The notes below the pieces were generated by a model. It saw nothing but the letters and a program-made list of their open reading frames with translations, did no database searches and had not been told where the DNA came from. From Carcharhinus longimanus (taxonomy: Eukaryota), in assembly GCA_030264375.1 (NCBI GenBank), contig JASCQW010000156.1:23028706-23092705 (forward strand): a DNA stretch of 64,000 bases, read 5' to 3'. The position numbers and the translations under genes are program-made. Shown piece by piece: positions 61,965-64,000 of this stretch. Numbering within the stretch: the first letter of the stretch is position 1; the number at the start of each line of letters is the position of its first letter.

Positions 61965-64000
61965 GCAAGTGAAAAAGTTTTTTTTTAAAGACAAAGGCTT
62001 CTCAAATGATAACTATAGTGCCAAAGTGTCAGTTTTTCATAGACCGTGCATTTAATGCACCTATTATGCTTAAGGTTTTTACTTCAACAATGTTTAGACA
62101 ACTTGTCACAACCATTTAATCCAGCAATGCCAATTAACTTTGGCAAATATATAAGCAATTGTGATTTTTAAGTTAAGTACAATACTGTGAGGAAAGGAAA
62201 TGTTTTCTGCATACTGAATTATTTCTTTTGCCTAATAGTATTATGTAAAACTAAGCCTTTTTCAGCTGGATTTCTGACTGCGCTCACTCATACACCAATA
62301 TCATTTTAAACTTCTGCGGCCATACTTGACATATGCAGTTACGGTCAGATTAGTTTTTAAGACAAACTGTGACTCCAGTGACCTGATGAATATCCTAATG
62401 TATTTGTCAATCCAAGAGTCGTCTTCTGTCAGGACAGAAACTGTGAAGAAACTTACAGGACTCAAATTTTAAGCCAGAGCAGTGTAAAAATAGTTCAGTC
62501 TCAAAAATTACACACTTTATAAGTTAAAGCAATACATGGCAAGCTGATCAGTTTGCTTTGTAGATGAATCATTCCTTTCCTCAGTCAGCAAGTCTGAGTG
62601 AGGGTCTTTGGAGTGTTACTTGATTTCCAAGGTTAGATGTTGACTGACTACAAGATGGTCAGTGTGGCATAGGCTGTTATGGTTGTACTGATTTAGGTGT
62701 TTGTCATTAAGCCACGGCTTTCTTAGTTGGTTCTAGGAAAATCTCGTACTTGTCATGCATGCAAGATATTTTGATGTGGCCAGGTAGTTGTTCCACGTTG
62801 TCTCCTTGTCATTATAAAACCCCAATAGGTCAGCTTTAAAACACTTCACATTTTCTCAACTAAAGCAATTTATTCTTAAGCTTAGATTAGTACTTCTAGT
62901 TTTTAAAATATAGTTTGCAAGTATATTCTATTTTCAGAGCCAATGAGTTCTTGTTTTCTTCCATTTCAGATGTTTACCCTGGAATGGGGAACTTACTGGT
63001 CCTCGAGCATAAATATCAGTGAAGCACTGCTGTCCTTTCCAAACAGAAAAAAAATCAAATTGATGACAGTTTACAGATTTAGCTACAAGCAGTAGTCTTT
63101 TCAAATTATATGGTAACAACTACCAGCTCTCCAGGGGGCTATAGGAGTCAGCAAAGCAAATGAGCACAAACAAAACAAACTTCAGGGGATTGAGGTAGAA
63201 AATTGTAATTTTAACTGTCAGCCCTGGTCATCTTCTAACTGGGCTATTATTTGGTATGTCTATCAGCAGCAACTCATAATACGTATTGCCTACATCATTA
63301 AAAGCACACATTGGGACAGTATATCAACACCAACCTCTGTCAAAGTTTAAATAAATCGTGAGATGCACTGTTCATTCAACATTGTTGACTAGCATAATTT
63401 GGATATAAAATGCCTATTGTGGAACATATCACTTCTGCCTGCCATATTTGTCTTGAGTTCCCAAACCAAGCCCCTAAATTGGCAACTTAACTGTGTGTCT
63501 CATGTTTTTCAAGGCAAAATTAAGAATCAGGAAAAGCAAAAGAAAGACAGGTTACAAGCAGTTTGTACATTGAGCCATTGATCTCAGTAAACATTGCCCG
63601 TGATTCACCTATGCAAAGCACTAAGCGATGACACTCGGAAAGATGTCAGTCACCAGAACCAGTCAAGCTACTTTTGATCCCTGTCATGGCTGAAGAATAT
63701 ATATCATTCAAAGACTAAAGGAAGCTGGTTCATTTTTAATAAAATTGATTTGTTTTCCACTTGAGGAATCTAAAGTGCATCCTCTATATGTTTTTGCAGT
63801 AAAAATTTACAAGCATACAAACAACATTATGTTAAATGTTCTAATTTCGGAACAGAATAGTGATTAAAGCAAGGATTAACAACATCTCAGCAAATTATCT
63901 TCGGAGTTCCAATGCCATTTTAAATTTGTTATATCCAGCCCTGCAGAAGAAAGCCTCTTAACTTGACAAACTTTTATTTACGTAGTCACACAAGTCTTCT

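Noticed and set aside
62930-63025. Acceptor-like tattttcag as a possible start of exon 11
   Set aside because: The phase-2 reading stops within about 30 codons and has no SPEN-like sequence. Exon 11 should lie beyond the window.

Overview
Eukaryotic genomic DNA, most likely from a cartilaginous fish (shark). This is inferred from HE1-like V-SINEs, a SacSINE1/DeuSINE-like copy, and CR1, L2, Rex1 and Penelope-like elements. The assembly is fragmented, with several N gaps. The window lies entirely inside one + strand gene, the SPEN (SHARP/MINT, Msx2-interacting protein) orthologue. Nine coding exons, equivalent to exons 2-10, were mapped by hand with consistent splice phases (321, 474, 161, 201, 152, 126, 114, 114 and 101 nt). 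They encode most of RRM1, an RS/Ser-rich segment and RRM2-RRM4. Exon 1 and the giant exon 11 are not visible. The most notable unexplained structure is in the repeat-free intron 2: predicted RNA stems, a candidate poison exon, a uORF cluster, and an in-frame 42-nt cassette or alternative start with competing donors 4 nt apart. Together these look like an autoregulatory or isoform switch. Other highlights are a GC-AG donor after exon 10, an AT-rich but CpG-retaining YY1-rich island in intron 1, and a 63-bp Penelope-derived hairpin whose loop carries a minimal hammerhead-ribozyme motif. Repeat boundaries are approximate, and human comparisons are from memory and need checking.
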